Notes under the pieces: generated by a model
What the model was told of the DNA's origin: nothing
The model's input: only the letters and a program-made list of their open reading frames with translations
Databases searched by the model: none
Source: Bacteroidales bacterium
Lineage (GTDB): Bacteria; Bacteroidota; Bacteroidia; Bacteroidales; VadinHA17
Direction: 5' to 3'
DNA: 64,000 nucleotides
Assembly: GCA_036261255.1 (NCBI GenBank)
Contig: DATALD010000096.1
Span: 1,454-65,453 of the forward strand
Position numbers and translations under genes: made by a program
Part shown: positions 28,694 through 38,504 of the stretch, piece by piece
Numbering within the stretch: the first letter of the stretch is position 1
How the letters are laid out: each line of letters begins with the position of its first letter

Positions 28694-31204
28694 ATGAAAC
28701 AATCCGTTAAGAACCAGGGAAACAACATAACAGGAGATACTCTCCTTATGAATAAGAATTCAGCCGGGGATATTTTAAAAGAACTTAATCTCACCCGTCA
28801 AGCAGTTATACATGATTTCAGACTGGCCAATCTAAGCCGGTTTTTGAGCATAACAGGCAGGCGGGAGGTGTTAACAGGAAAAGCAAAATTTGGAATATTC
28901 GGAGATGGTAAGGAGATTATCCAGATAGCAATGGCAAAGCAATTCCTCGATGGCGATTGGCGATCAGGATACTACAGGGATCAAACTTGGATGATGGCTA
29001 TGGGATTATATGATTCAATTGAATTCTTCCACCAGCTATATGGGAATACAAGCCGTGACGTACTTCATGGTAGTGGAGGGAGGGTATTTAACAATCATTT
29101 CTCAACCCAGAACGTTAACCCCGACGGAACATGGCGAGACCTGACAAAACAGAAGAATTCCTCAGCCGATGTCTCACCAACAGCTACGCAGATGCCACGA
29201 CTTCTTGGTCTGGCCTACGCCTCTAAACTGTTCAGGCAAAACAAAGAGTTACACCAATACTCAACACTCTCAAGGAAAGGAAACGAAGTTGCATTTGGAT
29301 CAATTGGTGATGCCAGTACTTCAGAAGGACATTTCTGGGAAACTATGAATGCAGCAGGTGTGCTCCAGATACCTCTTGCCATATCTGTTTATGATGATGG
29401 TTATGGTATATCGGTTCCCAAGAAATACCAGACAACAAAAGGAAGTATATCTGAGATACTCAAAGGTTTTGAAGCTGAAGAAGGTAAGCCTGGAATTCTG
29501 ATTTATAAAGGAAAAGGATGGGATTATCCGGGACTTATAAAGATATACAGGGAAGGCATCGCAGTCTGTCGCGAGAGACAGGTACCTGTTTTATTTCATA
29601 TCGATGAAGTAACGCAACCCCAGGGCCATTCTACTTCGGGATCGCATGAGCGATATAAAGGCGAAGAAAGGTTGAAGTGGGAAACAGATTTTGATCCGAT
29701 TAGGAAATTCAGAGAATGGATTGTTGCATCAGGGATCGCCAATGATGAGGAACTTGATAAGGTTGTTGCTGAAGCTGATGAAGAAACAAAAGAGTCGAGA
29801 AGAAAAGGATGGGAGATGTTTCAGGAGCCCATTAAAATTGAGAGGGATGCTCTTGTGAAAATCATAAATGAAAGAACATGTAAATGCTCTTCTGAAATAA
29901 AAGAAAAGACTCTTGAGGAATTTACTGAAGAGCTTAAAAGAGTGATCTCACCAATCAGAAAAGATAATTTTGTGACAGCCAGGAAGATCCTTAGGAATGT
30001 ATGTAAATCGTGTCAGGTTTCGGACAATCTTAAGGAGCAACTTGAAGGATGGCTTGTCAGGAACTTTGAGGACGCAAGGAAAGGTTATAACTCTTTTCTG
30101 TATAATGAGACGCCCACTTCAGTTCTGAATGTAAAGCCAATTCCTCCAGTATATTCTGAAAACTCCCAGGAGGTTCCCGGAAGGCAGATACTAAGAGAAA
30201 ACTATGATGTATTATTTGGGAAGTATCCATTACTTACAATTTTCGGAGAAGATGTCGGCAAGATAGGAGGCGTAAACCAGACACTTGAAGGCTTGCAGAA
30301 AAAATATGGCGAGTTGCGAATAACTGATACTGGTATCAGGGAAGCAACGATACTAGGGCAGGGAATAGGACTTGCTTTAAGGGGCATGCGTCCAATCGCG
30401 GAGATCCAGTACTTCGATTACCTGATGTATGCTTTACAGTTGCTGAGCGACGATCTTGCAACAACATATTACAGGACTGCGGGGCGAATGATGGCTCCAC
30501 TTATTATTAGTACCAGGGGCCACAGGCTTGAAGGTATTTGGCATTCAGGCTCACCTGTGAGCATGCTTGTAAATGCAGTGCGAGGAATATATGTTTGTAC
30601 ACCAAGAGATATGACAAGAGCAGCAGGTTTCTATAACACCCTACTTGAAGGAAACGATCCTGCTGTTGTCATTGAACCATTAAATGGATACAGGTTAAAA
30701 GAACTGCTTCCTGACAATATTGGTAAATACAGGCTTCCTCTTGGTATTCCCGAAATACTTAATGAAGGCACTGATATAACAGTTGTGACGTATGGTTCAA
30801 CTACGAGAATAGCATCTGAAGCTGCCAGGCAACTTGCAAGCCATAATGTTTCTGTGGAACTGATAGACGTTCAAACACTTGTTCCATTCGACCTTCCACA
30901 TTCGATACTTAAATCAATTAAGAAGACAGGAAGAGTCCTTTTCCTTGACGAAGATGTTCCGGGAGGAACAACTGCCTATATGATGCAGCAGGTTCTGGAA
31001 AAGCATGGAGCATGGCAGTATCTTGACAGCAAACCCAAGACGCTTACAGCAAGAGATCACCGTCCTGCTTATACTACTGATGGTGATTATTTCTCAAAAC
31101 CCAACGCGGAGGATGTATTCGATGTTATATATGAAATAATGAGAGAAGCCAGGCCTGAAAAATATATCAGCCTGACTGATTCAAGAATTGCTGGTCTGCT
31201 ATGA
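28694..31204 (+). CDS. Fused 2-oxoacid dehydrogenase E1 component (alpha/TPP-binding and beta/transketolase-like halves in one polypeptide)
   Basis: 836 aa. N-terminal half has GSIGDASTSEGHFWE (TPP motif). C-terminal half has DVGKIGGVNQTLEGL...ITDTGIREA and a transketolase C-terminal-like end. Confidence 0.7.
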   Translation: MKQSVKNQGNNITGDTLLMNKNSAGDILKELNLTRQAVIHDFRLANLSRFLSITGRREVLTGKAKFGIFGDGKEIIQIAMAKQFLDGDWRSGYYRDQTWMMAMGLYDSIEFFHQLYGNTSRDVLHGSGGRVFNNHFSTQNVNPDGTWRDLTKQKNSSADVSPTATQMPRLLGLAYASKLFRQNKELHQYSTLSRKGNEVAFGSIGDASTSEGHFWETMNAAGVLQIPLAISVYDDGYGISVPKKYQTTKGSISEILKGFEAEEGKPGILIYKGKGWDYPGLIKIYREGIAVCRERQVPVLFHIDEVTQPQGHSTSGSHERYKGEERLKWETDFDPIRKFREWIVASGIANDEELDKVVAEADEETKESRRKGWEMFQEPIKIERDALVKIINERTCKCSSEIKEKTLEEFTEELKRVISPIRKDNFVTARKILRNVCKSCQVSDNLKEQLEGWLVRNFEDARKGYNSFLYNETPTSVLNVKPIPPVYSENSQEVPGRQILRENYDVLFGKYPLLTIFGEDVGKIGGVNQTLEGLQKKYGELRITDTGIREATILGQGIGLALRGMRPIAEIQYFDYLMYALQLLSDDLATTYYRTAGRMMAPLIISTRGHRLEGIWHSGSPVSMLVNAVRGIYVCTPRDMTRAAGFYNTLLEGNDPAVVIEPLNGYRLKELLPDNIGKYRLPLGIPEILNEGTDITVVTYGSTTRIASEAARQLASHNVSVELIDVQTLVPFDLPHSILKSIKKTGRVLFLDEDVPGGTTAYMMQQVLEKHGAWQYLDSKPKTLTARDHRPAYTTDGDYFSKPNAEDVFDVIYEIMREARPEKYISLTDSRIAGLL

Positions 31205-32962
31205 TTCAGTAATGCCAATAGTTTTGAGAAGCTCCATTGCTGCTTCACGTGGGCCATTTGCTTCATATCCTGGTATGCCTAGTCTTGTTCGCATCTGCCC
31301 CACGTATACATTTTTGTCGAAGAATACATCAAAGTACTTCCTGGCAATTGAATCGTGAAGTTCTTTGTACTCGGTAGGGCCAAAGATATTAGCAAAATAT
31401 GAATGAACGAGACCGCTTGTTGTTGTTGTTCCTTTACTCATAACAGCTCCTTCACTGAAAGTATCGAAGGCAGATTCAGCGTTAGGGAACCTCTCTATCA
31501 CGGGGTGCTCATTATCAATTTCCTCAAAATTGTTTGCATAGAGGATATAATCAATTCTATGGCCTTGGATTAATGTTTCATATTTTGTAACAGGGATTAC
31601 TATCCTTGCATTCACCTGTGCGGGGTTCATAATAATTGACCTGTCGAGATGGCCATAAGCATATCCAGGCTGGAGATCGTCGAGCCTCAGAAATGCACCT
31701 ATTTCTGTTCCATAACCAACAGGATAGCCTTCATTGTCAAACTCAATTGAGCCCATATCGTCGGCTATTATCGTAAGCTGTCTGATATGTTTTTCGCCCA
31801 ACACCCTGAATGCCTCAAGGGTTTCAGATTTACCTGCTCCGGTGTCGCCCATCATAAGAATTGTAGCTTCCTTATTCCCCTGGAGAAGTATCTTTACCAT
31901 TGCCCCATGGAAAGGCATTTTCCCTGTCTTCATAATTATCGAATTGTGCAGGGTAAGCATCATCTTCTTGAGATAACCGAAATAACCGAACTCAGGTCTG
32001 TTAGGGACTGCACCCACAAAGATCCCGTTCTTATCATCATCACAGAAAACTGTTGAGTATTTTGCCAACCCGTCAACTGCATTTCCGGGAACGCCATAGA
32101 AGAATACTGCATCGGGCTTTCTCTTCAGATCTTCATCTTCGGCAAGCTTAAAGAGATTACAAAGTGAGAATCCCAGTTCATAGAATTTCAGATGAAAATA
32201 AACCATTATGAGCTGTTTCCCAACCATTGCCGGATAACATAACCATTCTTCCGGATTCAGATCGACAAGATCTATAGGGTTCTGTTGAATCTTTTTGAAA
32301 TGACCTGTCCTCTTGTTCATTGGTTGTTGAATTACAAGAGGGGGGTAGATAAGCATTTGCCTGATTACCGGGACACTATTAAGCTTTGTGTATCTGTTAT
32401 CGGGATATAATATATTTTTAGGCAACGAAATTACTGCCATTTCAGCGCCGGCTGGCACCTGTCTGTATACAGAAGGGTGGCTGCCGCTAATATTCTCTTC
32501 TATATGACGATAAACAGTCCTGACGAGGTGAGTAAGACGTTCAATTGTCTCGTTGAATGTACGATAAGGCCTCTTGTCAAGACGATCACCTTCAGAGTCA
32601 TTAATAATGAACCTGTCAAAGTGTCTCCAGTAATCATAGAGGTATTCAACAAAATCACCAAGAAGATCGGAATCAGAAAGGAATACTTTTGAACCCTCAA
32701 AAATGTGCGGCACAACATTTTTTTCATACTTGACAAGATGAAGAAGTGTTTTGACAAGATCATCAACAGCTTCTTTCGAAATTTCACTATTCTTAAAAAT
32801 ATTCAGCAATGGAGAATTCTTTGCTTTGAGGTTTTCAAGACAATGATCAAGGATAATCCTGAACTGTGCGCTTGGAAGCATTTCGTCAGCTGTTTCACAC
32901 ATTCTTTCCCTGATGTTAAAAACAGCTTTGTTACCGATAATTCTAAGTGAGTTCTTCTGCAT
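31199..32962 (-). CDS. Uncharacterised protein with an HPr-kinase/PEPCK-like P-loop domain
   Basis: 587 aa. FHGAMVKILLQGNKEATILMMGDTGAGKSETLEAFRVLG....LTIIADDMGSI parallels the HPrK/P core pattern (G.SG.GKSE...ADD). The N-terminal 330 aa or so has no motif I recognise. Confidence 0.5.
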   Translation of the reverse strand: MQKNSLRIIGNKAVFNIRERMCETADEMLPSAQFRIILDHCLENLKAKNSPLLNIFKNSEISKEAVDDLVKTLLHLVKYEKNVVPHIFEGSKVFLSDSDLLGDFVEYLYDYWRHFDRFIINDSEGDRLDKRPYRTFNETIERLTHLVRTVYRHIEENISGSHPSVYRQVPAGAEMAVISLPKNILYPDNRYTKLNSVPVIRQMLIYPPLVIQQPMNKRTGHFKKIQQNPIDLVDLNPEEWLCYPAMVGKQLIMVYFHLKFYELGFSLCNLFKLAEDEDLKRKPDAVFFYGVPGNAVDGLAKYSTVFCDDDKNGIFVGAVPNRPEFGYFGYLKKMMLTLHNSIIMKTGKMPFHGAMVKILLQGNKEATILMMGDTGAGKSETLEAFRVLGEKHIRQLTIIADDMGSIEFDNEGYPVGYGTEIGAFLRLDDLQPGYAYGHLDRSIIMNPAQVNARIVIPVTKYETLIQGHRIDYILYANNFEEIDNEHPVIERFPNAESAFDTFSEGAVMSKGTTTTSGLVHSYFANIFGPTEYKELHDSIARKYFDVFFDKNVYVGQMRTRLGIPGYEANGPREAAMELLKTIGITES

Positions 32963-33069
32963 GGATTTATTTTACAATTGCGGCAAAAATATGACATTAT
33001 TTAATTGATGATAAGTTTTTACTTAATTATTTTTGTATATTATTAATTACGAACTTAATAAATGCAATT

Positions 33070-33660
33070 ATGCCACAGGATATTGACTTGTTTGACATAA
33101 TGCCCGAAGATAAAATTCCTGAAAAGGGGAAAATTCTTATTTCTGAGCCTTTTCTTCCAGATACTTTCTTTAACCGAAGCATTGTTTACTTAACAGACCA
33201 TTCGCCTGAAGGTTCGGTTGGATTCATCCTAAACAAAAAAATCGATCTTAAAATCAGTTCTGCAATAATGGGGTTCGAAGGTTGGGATGAAGAGCTTAAT
33301 ATGGGTGGCCCTGTTGCTCCTGATACTATACATTATCTTCATAGCCTTGGATTCATAATTCCAAAAAGTATTCAAATTGAAGAAAATATTTTTTGGGGAG
33401 GAGATATTGATAGCATAAGAGGCCTTATCAGAACAGGACAGGTTAAGAAGTCGCAGATCAGATTCTTTCTTGGGTACTCAGGTTGGTCTGCAGGGCAGCT
33501 TGAAAGAGAATTAAAAGAGAATTCATGGGTTATTGCAAAAGTTAACCATGAAATAATAATGAACAACAGGGGAGAGGATACATGGAAAAGGATTCTAAGG
33601 AGCCTGAGATCCAAATATAGACGATGGGCTGATTTTCCTGATTCCCCGGAAATGAATTAA
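33070..33660 (+). CDS. algH: YqgE/AlgH family (UPF0301) protein
   Basis: 196 aa. GKILISEPFLPDTFFNRSIVYLTDHSPEGSVGFILNK and GGPV...LH motifs. Confidence 0.8.
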   Translation: MPQDIDLFDIMPEDKIPEKGKILISEPFLPDTFFNRSIVYLTDHSPEGSVGFILNKKIDLKISSAIMGFEGWDEELNMGGPVAPDTIHYLHSLGFIIPKSIQIEENIFWGGDIDSIRGLIRTGQVKKSQIRFFLGYSGWSAGQLERELKENSWVIAKVNHEIIMNNRGEDTWKRILRSLRSKYRRWADFPDSPEMN

Positions 33661-33685
33661 GCCTTTAAAGCCTTTACAGCTTTGA

Positions 33686-34696
33686 TCAGATATGCAGTAT
33701 CTTAAAAACAAGTTCTTTTAGCAGTTCTCCATGATCTGTTCCGGGATCTTCGTACCCCTTTGACCTTAAATCATAAGTTCTTAGAAAGCTTATTATCATT
33801 ACTGTCTTCTGGATATTGTATTTTCTTGCAGCAGTTTCGTAGTCTTTAACGAAGAAGGGATTTATTTTCAGAGCTGCAGCTACATTTGATTTTGATTTGT
33901 CTGCCAGCGAATGATAAGTAAGCAATTTGCTGAAGAAGCTGAATAATGAAGCTATTGTTAGAGTCAGGGGATTATCTTTAAGGTTGTCGGCAAAGTACCT
34001 GATAATCATGTTTGATTTCAGAATGTTTTTCTCGCTAATGGCTTTTTGAAGCTCAAAATTATTGTAGTCTTTACTTATCCCGATGTTTTTCTCTATAATA
34101 GAGGTAGTTATCTCCGGCTTACCTTTTGGAAGAGTGATAATAAGCTTTTCAAGCTCATTAGCAATCTTATGCAGATCAGTACCGAGGTATTCGGTTAACA
34201 TCGCACTGGCGGCGGGATCGGTTCTGATTCCTTTTGTCATCAGGTATCGTTCAATCCACCCCGGGATTAAATAATCTCTTATTTTGGCTGATTCGAAGTA
34301 AACGCCGGTTGATTCAAGCAGCTTTATGAGCTTAGTTCTTTTATCAGGTGTTTTGTATTTATAGTTTATAACAAGAATTGTCGAAAACAATGGCTTTTCA
34401 AGATAAGCAGACAAATCCTCTATTTTCTTTAATGACTGAGCTTCTTTTATTATAACAACCTGGTGCTCTGCCATCATCGGAAATCTTCTTGATGTATCAA
34501 TAATTAGTGGCACAGAAGTATCTTCTCCGTAGAGGATAATCTGGTTAAAAGCCTTTTCTGATTCTGAGAGAACATTATCGGCAATGTAATCAGTTATTAT
34601 GTCGATATAATAAGGTTCTTCACCGGCAAGAAAATATATTGTTTTAAATTTCCGGCTTTTAAGGCCTGACATTATTTCTTCGAATGTTGCAGGCAT
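33686..34696 (-). CDS. holA: DNA polymerase III delta subunit
   Basis: 336 aa. N-terminal YFLAGEEPYYID pattern and the usual length. Divergent from an HsdR_N-like gene, as is common in Bacteroidota. Confidence 0.75.
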   Translation of the reverse strand: MPATFEEIMSGLKSRKFKTIYFLAGEEPYYIDIITDYIADNVLSESEKAFNQIILYGEDTSVPLIIDTSRRFPMMAEHQVVIIKEAQSLKKIEDLSAYLEKPLFSTILVINYKYKTPDKRTKLIKLLESTGVYFESAKIRDYLIPGWIERYLMTKGIRTDPAASAMLTEYLGTDLHKIANELEKLIITLPKGKPEITTSIIEKNIGISKDYNNFELQKAISEKNILKSNMIIRYFADNLKDNPLTLTIASLFSFFSKLLTYHSLADKSKSNVAAALKINPFFVKDYETAARKYNIQKTVMIISFLRTYDLRSKGYEDPGTDHGELLKELVFKILHI

Positions 34697-34698
34697 AA

Positions 34699-35469
34699 TC
34701 AGAATCTAAGATGTTTAACAGATACCCCATTTTTCTTTATCTCCCGAAGCGCCTCAATACCAATCTCAAGATGCATTTTTACATAATCCTGCGTAACCTT
34801 AAGATCACTTGATTCTGTTTTGATACCTGTTGAAATCATCGGTTGGTCAGATACGAGTAAAAGCGCTCCCGTTGGTATCTCATTTACAAAACCAACTGTA
34901 AATATTGTAGCAGTTTCCATATCAATTGCCATTGCCCTCGTCTTGATGAGATATTTTTTAAACCTGTCATCATATTCCCAAACCCGTCTGTTTGTGGTGT
35001 ATACAGTCCCTGTCCAGTATTCTCTTTTAAACCTTGTAATTGTTGTTGAAATGGCGCTTTGTAGCTTAAATGCAGGTAAAGCCGGAACTTCATTGGGTAG
35101 GTAATCATCAGATGTTCCATCGCTCCTTATTGCTGCAATGGGCAGTATAAGATCGCCAAGAGTATTCTTTTTTTTCAATCCTCCACATTTACCAAGGAAA
35201 AGAACGGCTTTAGGTGAAATTGCGCTTAGAAGATCCATTATTGTTGCCGCATTAGGACTGCCCATGCCGAAGTTTATTATTGTTATTCCTTCTGCAGTAG
35301 CACTAGGCATATTCTTATCCCTGCCATCAACAGGGACATTATTCCATTTTGCAAACAAATCAACATAATATGTGTAATTTGTTAGCAGGCAGTACTCTCC
35401 GAAGCTGTCGAGCGATTTGCCTGTATATCGCGGAAGCCAGTTATTGACAATCTCCTCTTTGGTTTTCAT
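34699..35469 (-). CDS. amn: AMP nucleosidase-like nucleoside phosphorylase (short form)
   Basis: 256 aa. INFGMGSPNAATIMDLL...FLGKCGGL and MDMETATIF motifs of the PNP/UDP_1 fold. Confidence 0.7.
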   Translation of the reverse strand: MKTKEEIVNNWLPRYTGKSLDSFGEYCLLTNYTYYVDLFAKWNNVPVDGRDKNMPSATAEGITIINFGMGSPNAATIMDLLSAISPKAVLFLGKCGGLKKKNTLGDLILPIAAIRSDGTSDDYLPNEVPALPAFKLQSAISTTITRFKREYWTGTVYTTNRRVWEYDDRFKKYLIKTRAMAIDMETATIFTVGFVNEIPTGALLLVSDQPMISTGIKTESSDLKVTQDYVKMHLEIGIEALREIKKNGVSVKHLRF

Positions 35470-35547
35470 TATTATTATTTTGTTTTTATCTCATATATTT
35501 GAAGAACCTTAAACAAGGAACAGGTTCCGTAAAAATACAAAACAAAG

Positions 35548-36012
35548 TTGAAACAGCTTAACCTGCCACAGTATACGTTTAAAATATCAGGCGAAGAAGG
35601 ATCGGAGATGATCCTCGACACGATAAGGAAGAAGTATGTAAGGCTTACCCCTGAAGAATGGGTTCGTCAGAATTTTATCCGGTACCTTGTAGTTGAAGGG
35701 AAGTACCCTCCAGGGTTGCTTAGTGTTGAGGTAATGTTCATGCTAAACAAACTCAAAAGGAGGATTGACATTCTGATACACAACAGGTGGGGCAAACCTG
35801 TGATGATTGTCGAATGCAAAGAGCCTGGTGTAAAAATCGATGATAAAGTATTCGACCAGATAGTAAATTACAATCTTGGCCTTAGGGTACCATATATTGT
35901 TGTTACAAATGGAATTGTGCACTATGCCTGCAGGTTAAAAGACAATGAACCGGGCTATGAATTCATGAATGTTATTCCTCTTTATGATGAAATCAACGTT
36001 GAAGCCATATGA
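35548..36012 (+). CDS. Type I restriction enzyme HsdR N-terminal domain-like (PD-(D/E)xK-type) small protein
   Basis: 154 aa with a TTG start. LTPEEWVRQNFIRYL...RIDILI....PVMIVECKEP pattern. Confidence 0.65.
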   Translation: MKQLNLPQYTFKISGEEGSEMILDTIRKKYVRLTPEEWVRQNFIRYLVVEGKYPPGLLSVEVMFMLNKLKRRIDILIHNRWGKPVMIVECKEPGVKIDDKVFDQIVNYNLGLRVPYIVVTNGIVHYACRLKDNEPGYEFMNVIPLYDEINVEAI

Positions 36013-36971
36013 TTGACGTTACATGTGCCATAATCAGGAATGAGGAAGATGATATACTCATCGTTCAGAGAGGAGAAGCCACAGATCATCCATTTAAATG
36101 GGAATTTCCAGGAGGTAAGCTGATGCGTGGTGAGTCTCCCGAGGACTGTGTTATCAGGGAGGTAAAAGAAGAACTTTCAATCGATATTGTAATTATCAAA
36201 AGACTTGCCGATGTGGAATACGATTATGGCATCAAAAAGATAAAGCTAATACCGTTTGTATGTGATACTCTTGAAGATGTTCCTTTTCTCTCAGAACATA
36301 TAGCATATAGATGGGTCACTGCAATTGATTTTACAGGGATTGACTTTTCTGAAGCTGATGTTATTGTGGCAGATAACTATGCAAAGATAATTGGTTTCAA
36401 AAAACAAGTCGTTGAAGAAACAGACAATGATGTTGAATTGAACGAAAGGGAGATATGCGATTTTATCAATAAAATGAAAAGCTCAAATGAAGCTGAATGG
36501 ATGGCAGCTTCGGTTAATGAAAATCGTAGACTTCTTAAAAAACTTATAGAACTTTCATATTCCGATGATCAGAAGCTGGCTTCTCATTCTTCATGGATCC
36601 TTAGTAAAGCTTATGAGAAAAATCCTGACCTGATTGATTCTGATTTGAATAGTATTATTGAATCTCTCCCATCAGTTCATAACGAAAGTGTAATGCGATC
36701 GTTGCTCAAGATCTATTCCTTAAGCGATCCGGCAAAGCTTAATTCAAAATCCCAGGGTTTGCTTGCAGATATTTGTTTTAAGCACTTGAATTCAGGTCTT
36801 TCTTCAATAGGCGTAAAAGCCTATTCAATGGAGATACTATATAACTTAACATTAATTTATCCTGATCTATCTACTGAACTTGCATTATCTCTCAGAAATG
36901 TAGCGGATGTAGATTCAGCAGGTATTCAATCAAAAGTAAGAAGTATACTTAAAAGACTTGATAAGACGTAA
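36009..36971 (+). CDS. Nudix (MutT-like) hydrolase fused to a C-terminal helical-repeat (HEAT-like) domain
   Basis: 320 aa. Nudix box GGKLMRGESPEDCVIREVKEELSI. About 190 aa of alpha-helical repeat-like sequence follows. ATGA overlap with the upstream gene. Confidence 0.7.
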   Translation: MIDVTCAIIRNEEDDILIVQRGEATDHPFKWEFPGGKLMRGESPEDCVIREVKEELSIDIVIIKRLADVEYDYGIKKIKLIPFVCDTLEDVPFLSEHIAYRWVTAIDFTGIDFSEADVIVADNYAKIIGFKKQVVEETDNDVELNEREICDFINKMKSSNEAEWMAASVNENRRLLKKLIELSYSDDQKLASHSSWILSKAYEKNPDLIDSDLNSIIESLPSVHNESVMRSLLKIYSLSDPAKLNSKSQGLLADICFKHLNSGLSSIGVKAYSMEILYNLTLIYPDLSTELALSLRNVADVDSAGIQSKVRSILKRLDKT

Positions 36972-36990
36972 ATAATACTGATAAGAAACA

Positions 36991-37731
36991 TTAAACTTCC
37001 AGTATAAAAACAGGCACTTCAAATCCGGCTTTCTGAAGAATTGACCATGCAACATTATATACTTTGATTCCATTATGGGTCTTACCTTCATGGTAACCCC
37101 TGTGAGCATGCCCATGGAAAACCCCGACTATATCATTGTAACGGCTAAGAGGTTCTTCAAGCCTTGAACAGCCAAGAAAAGGAAAAACCTCTTCAGGTTC
37201 ACCTGCAACTGTACCCTTAACCGGTGAATAATGCATTAGCACAACCTTCTTTACTCCTTCATGGTCTTCGTCAAGTCTCTTTAAAGCCCTGTCAAGATTA
37301 AGAGCTTCATTCACAGCCTCTTTTACAAATAATTTCATTGCTTCTTCCCCAAAGAGGCTTAACATGTGATTGTCGAATCCACCACCAAAGCCTTTTACTC
37401 CTGCGATCCCGATATTCTTTAAGACAACATATTCACCTTCAAGTACATGAACATTTTCATTTTGAACAATATGCCTTATCAGCTTTTGTCTCCCTTTCTC
37501 ATGGTCATGGTTACCCAGAACAACAACAACAGGAATACTGCAATTCTTAAGTTCATCTGATAATACTTGTGCTTCTGCCTCATCGCCTGTATATGTCAGA
37601 TCGCCTCCTATAAGAAATATGTCAGCGCGTTTCGATATTTCCCTGAAGTAATCTGTCCATATACCTTTATCGGTAGATTTTACATGAATATCTGCAACAG
37701 CTGCAATTCTTGTTTTCTTTGTGTCAGCCAT
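36991..37731 (-). CDS. Metallophosphoesterase (calcineurin-like)
   Basis: 246 aa. AVADIHV, GGDLTYTG, GNHDH and GHAH motifs in canonical order. Confidence 0.8.
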   Translation of the reverse strand: MADTKKTRIAAVADIHVKSTDKGIWTDYFREISKRADIFLIGGDLTYTGDEAEAQVLSDELKNCSIPVVVVLGNHDHEKGRQKLIRHIVQNENVHVLEGEYVVLKNIGIAGVKGFGGGFDNHMLSLFGEEAMKLFVKEAVNEALNLDRALKRLDEDHEGVKKVVLMHYSPVKGTVAGEPEEVFPFLGCSRLEEPLSRYNDIVGVFHGHAHRGYHEGKTHNGIKVYNVAWSILQKAGFEVPVFILEV

Positions 37732-37742
37732 ATCAGGTTATT

Positions 37743-38483
37743 TTAAACTGACCTCATTGTGATAGCCTTGTAATTCCATTCCTTAATATCTGTAGAGTAT
37801 TGAGTCTGATCAATAATGGGTCCTCTGCAGATCCTCTCAACTGAAGGAGGAAGATCGTATTGCTCATTAGCTCTTGAGATAAGTTCGTCAAAAAGCCATT
37901 TCGGGATTATTTCATGAAAATCAGAAGGATAGACAAACTGAAAGATGATTAGTTGAGAAAGCAAAAGATGCCAGTGTTGTTCGAAACGAGAAAGCAATCT
38001 TTTCCAGTCGAGTGTTTTTCCTGTTTTAAGTATCAGATGGTTAACATCGGCTCCGTCAAACCTTTCCCTGTTCTGGACGTATATTTTAGCCCATATCAGT
38101 TCTTCGGGTGGTATCAAGTGTACTTTGAGGCCCGAGAACTCAGCCTTTACTGAAAATTCGTACCATGTATCATCAACGGTGCATATATGGTTTACAGTAT
38201 CAAAAATAATATCTATATAATAATCATTCTTAAACACTTTTGCCAACCATCTGATATCAGTCAGTTCAGTTTTAAAACCAAGCTCAGAGAAAAATTTGAT
38301 GATCTTTGGATACTCAGTCGATTTGCAGAAAACATCGAGATCCTTAGTATCACGGAATATTCCGGTGTAATGAAAAAAGGCAAATGCTCCTCCAAGCATA
38401 TAGTTAGCGCCGCTGTTATTCAACAATTCAAGAGCTTCCTTGTAAAATACATGTGCTTCAATAATTTGTTCCTCTGTAAGCAT
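37743..38483 (-). CDS. Nucleotidyltransferase-fold protein of unknown function
   Basis: 246 aa. GGAFAFFHYTGIFRDTKDLDVF matches the G[GS]...DxD minimal nucleotidyltransferase signature. 11-nt gap to the downstream metallophosphoesterase. Confidence 0.45.
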   Translation of the reverse strand: MLTEEQIIEAHVFYKEALELLNNSGANYMLGGAFAFFHYTGIFRDTKDLDVFCKSTEYPKIIKFFSELGFKTELTDIRWLAKVFKNDYYIDIIFDTVNHICTVDDTWYEFSVKAEFSGLKVHLIPPEELIWAKIYVQNRERFDGADVNHLILKTGKTLDWKRLLSRFEQHWHLLLSQLIIFQFVYPSDFHEIIPKWLFDELISRANEQYDLPPSVERICRGPIIDQTQYSTDIKEWNYKAITMRSV

Positions 38484-38504
38484 TTTTGGCGGATGTTTTC
38501 AGAA

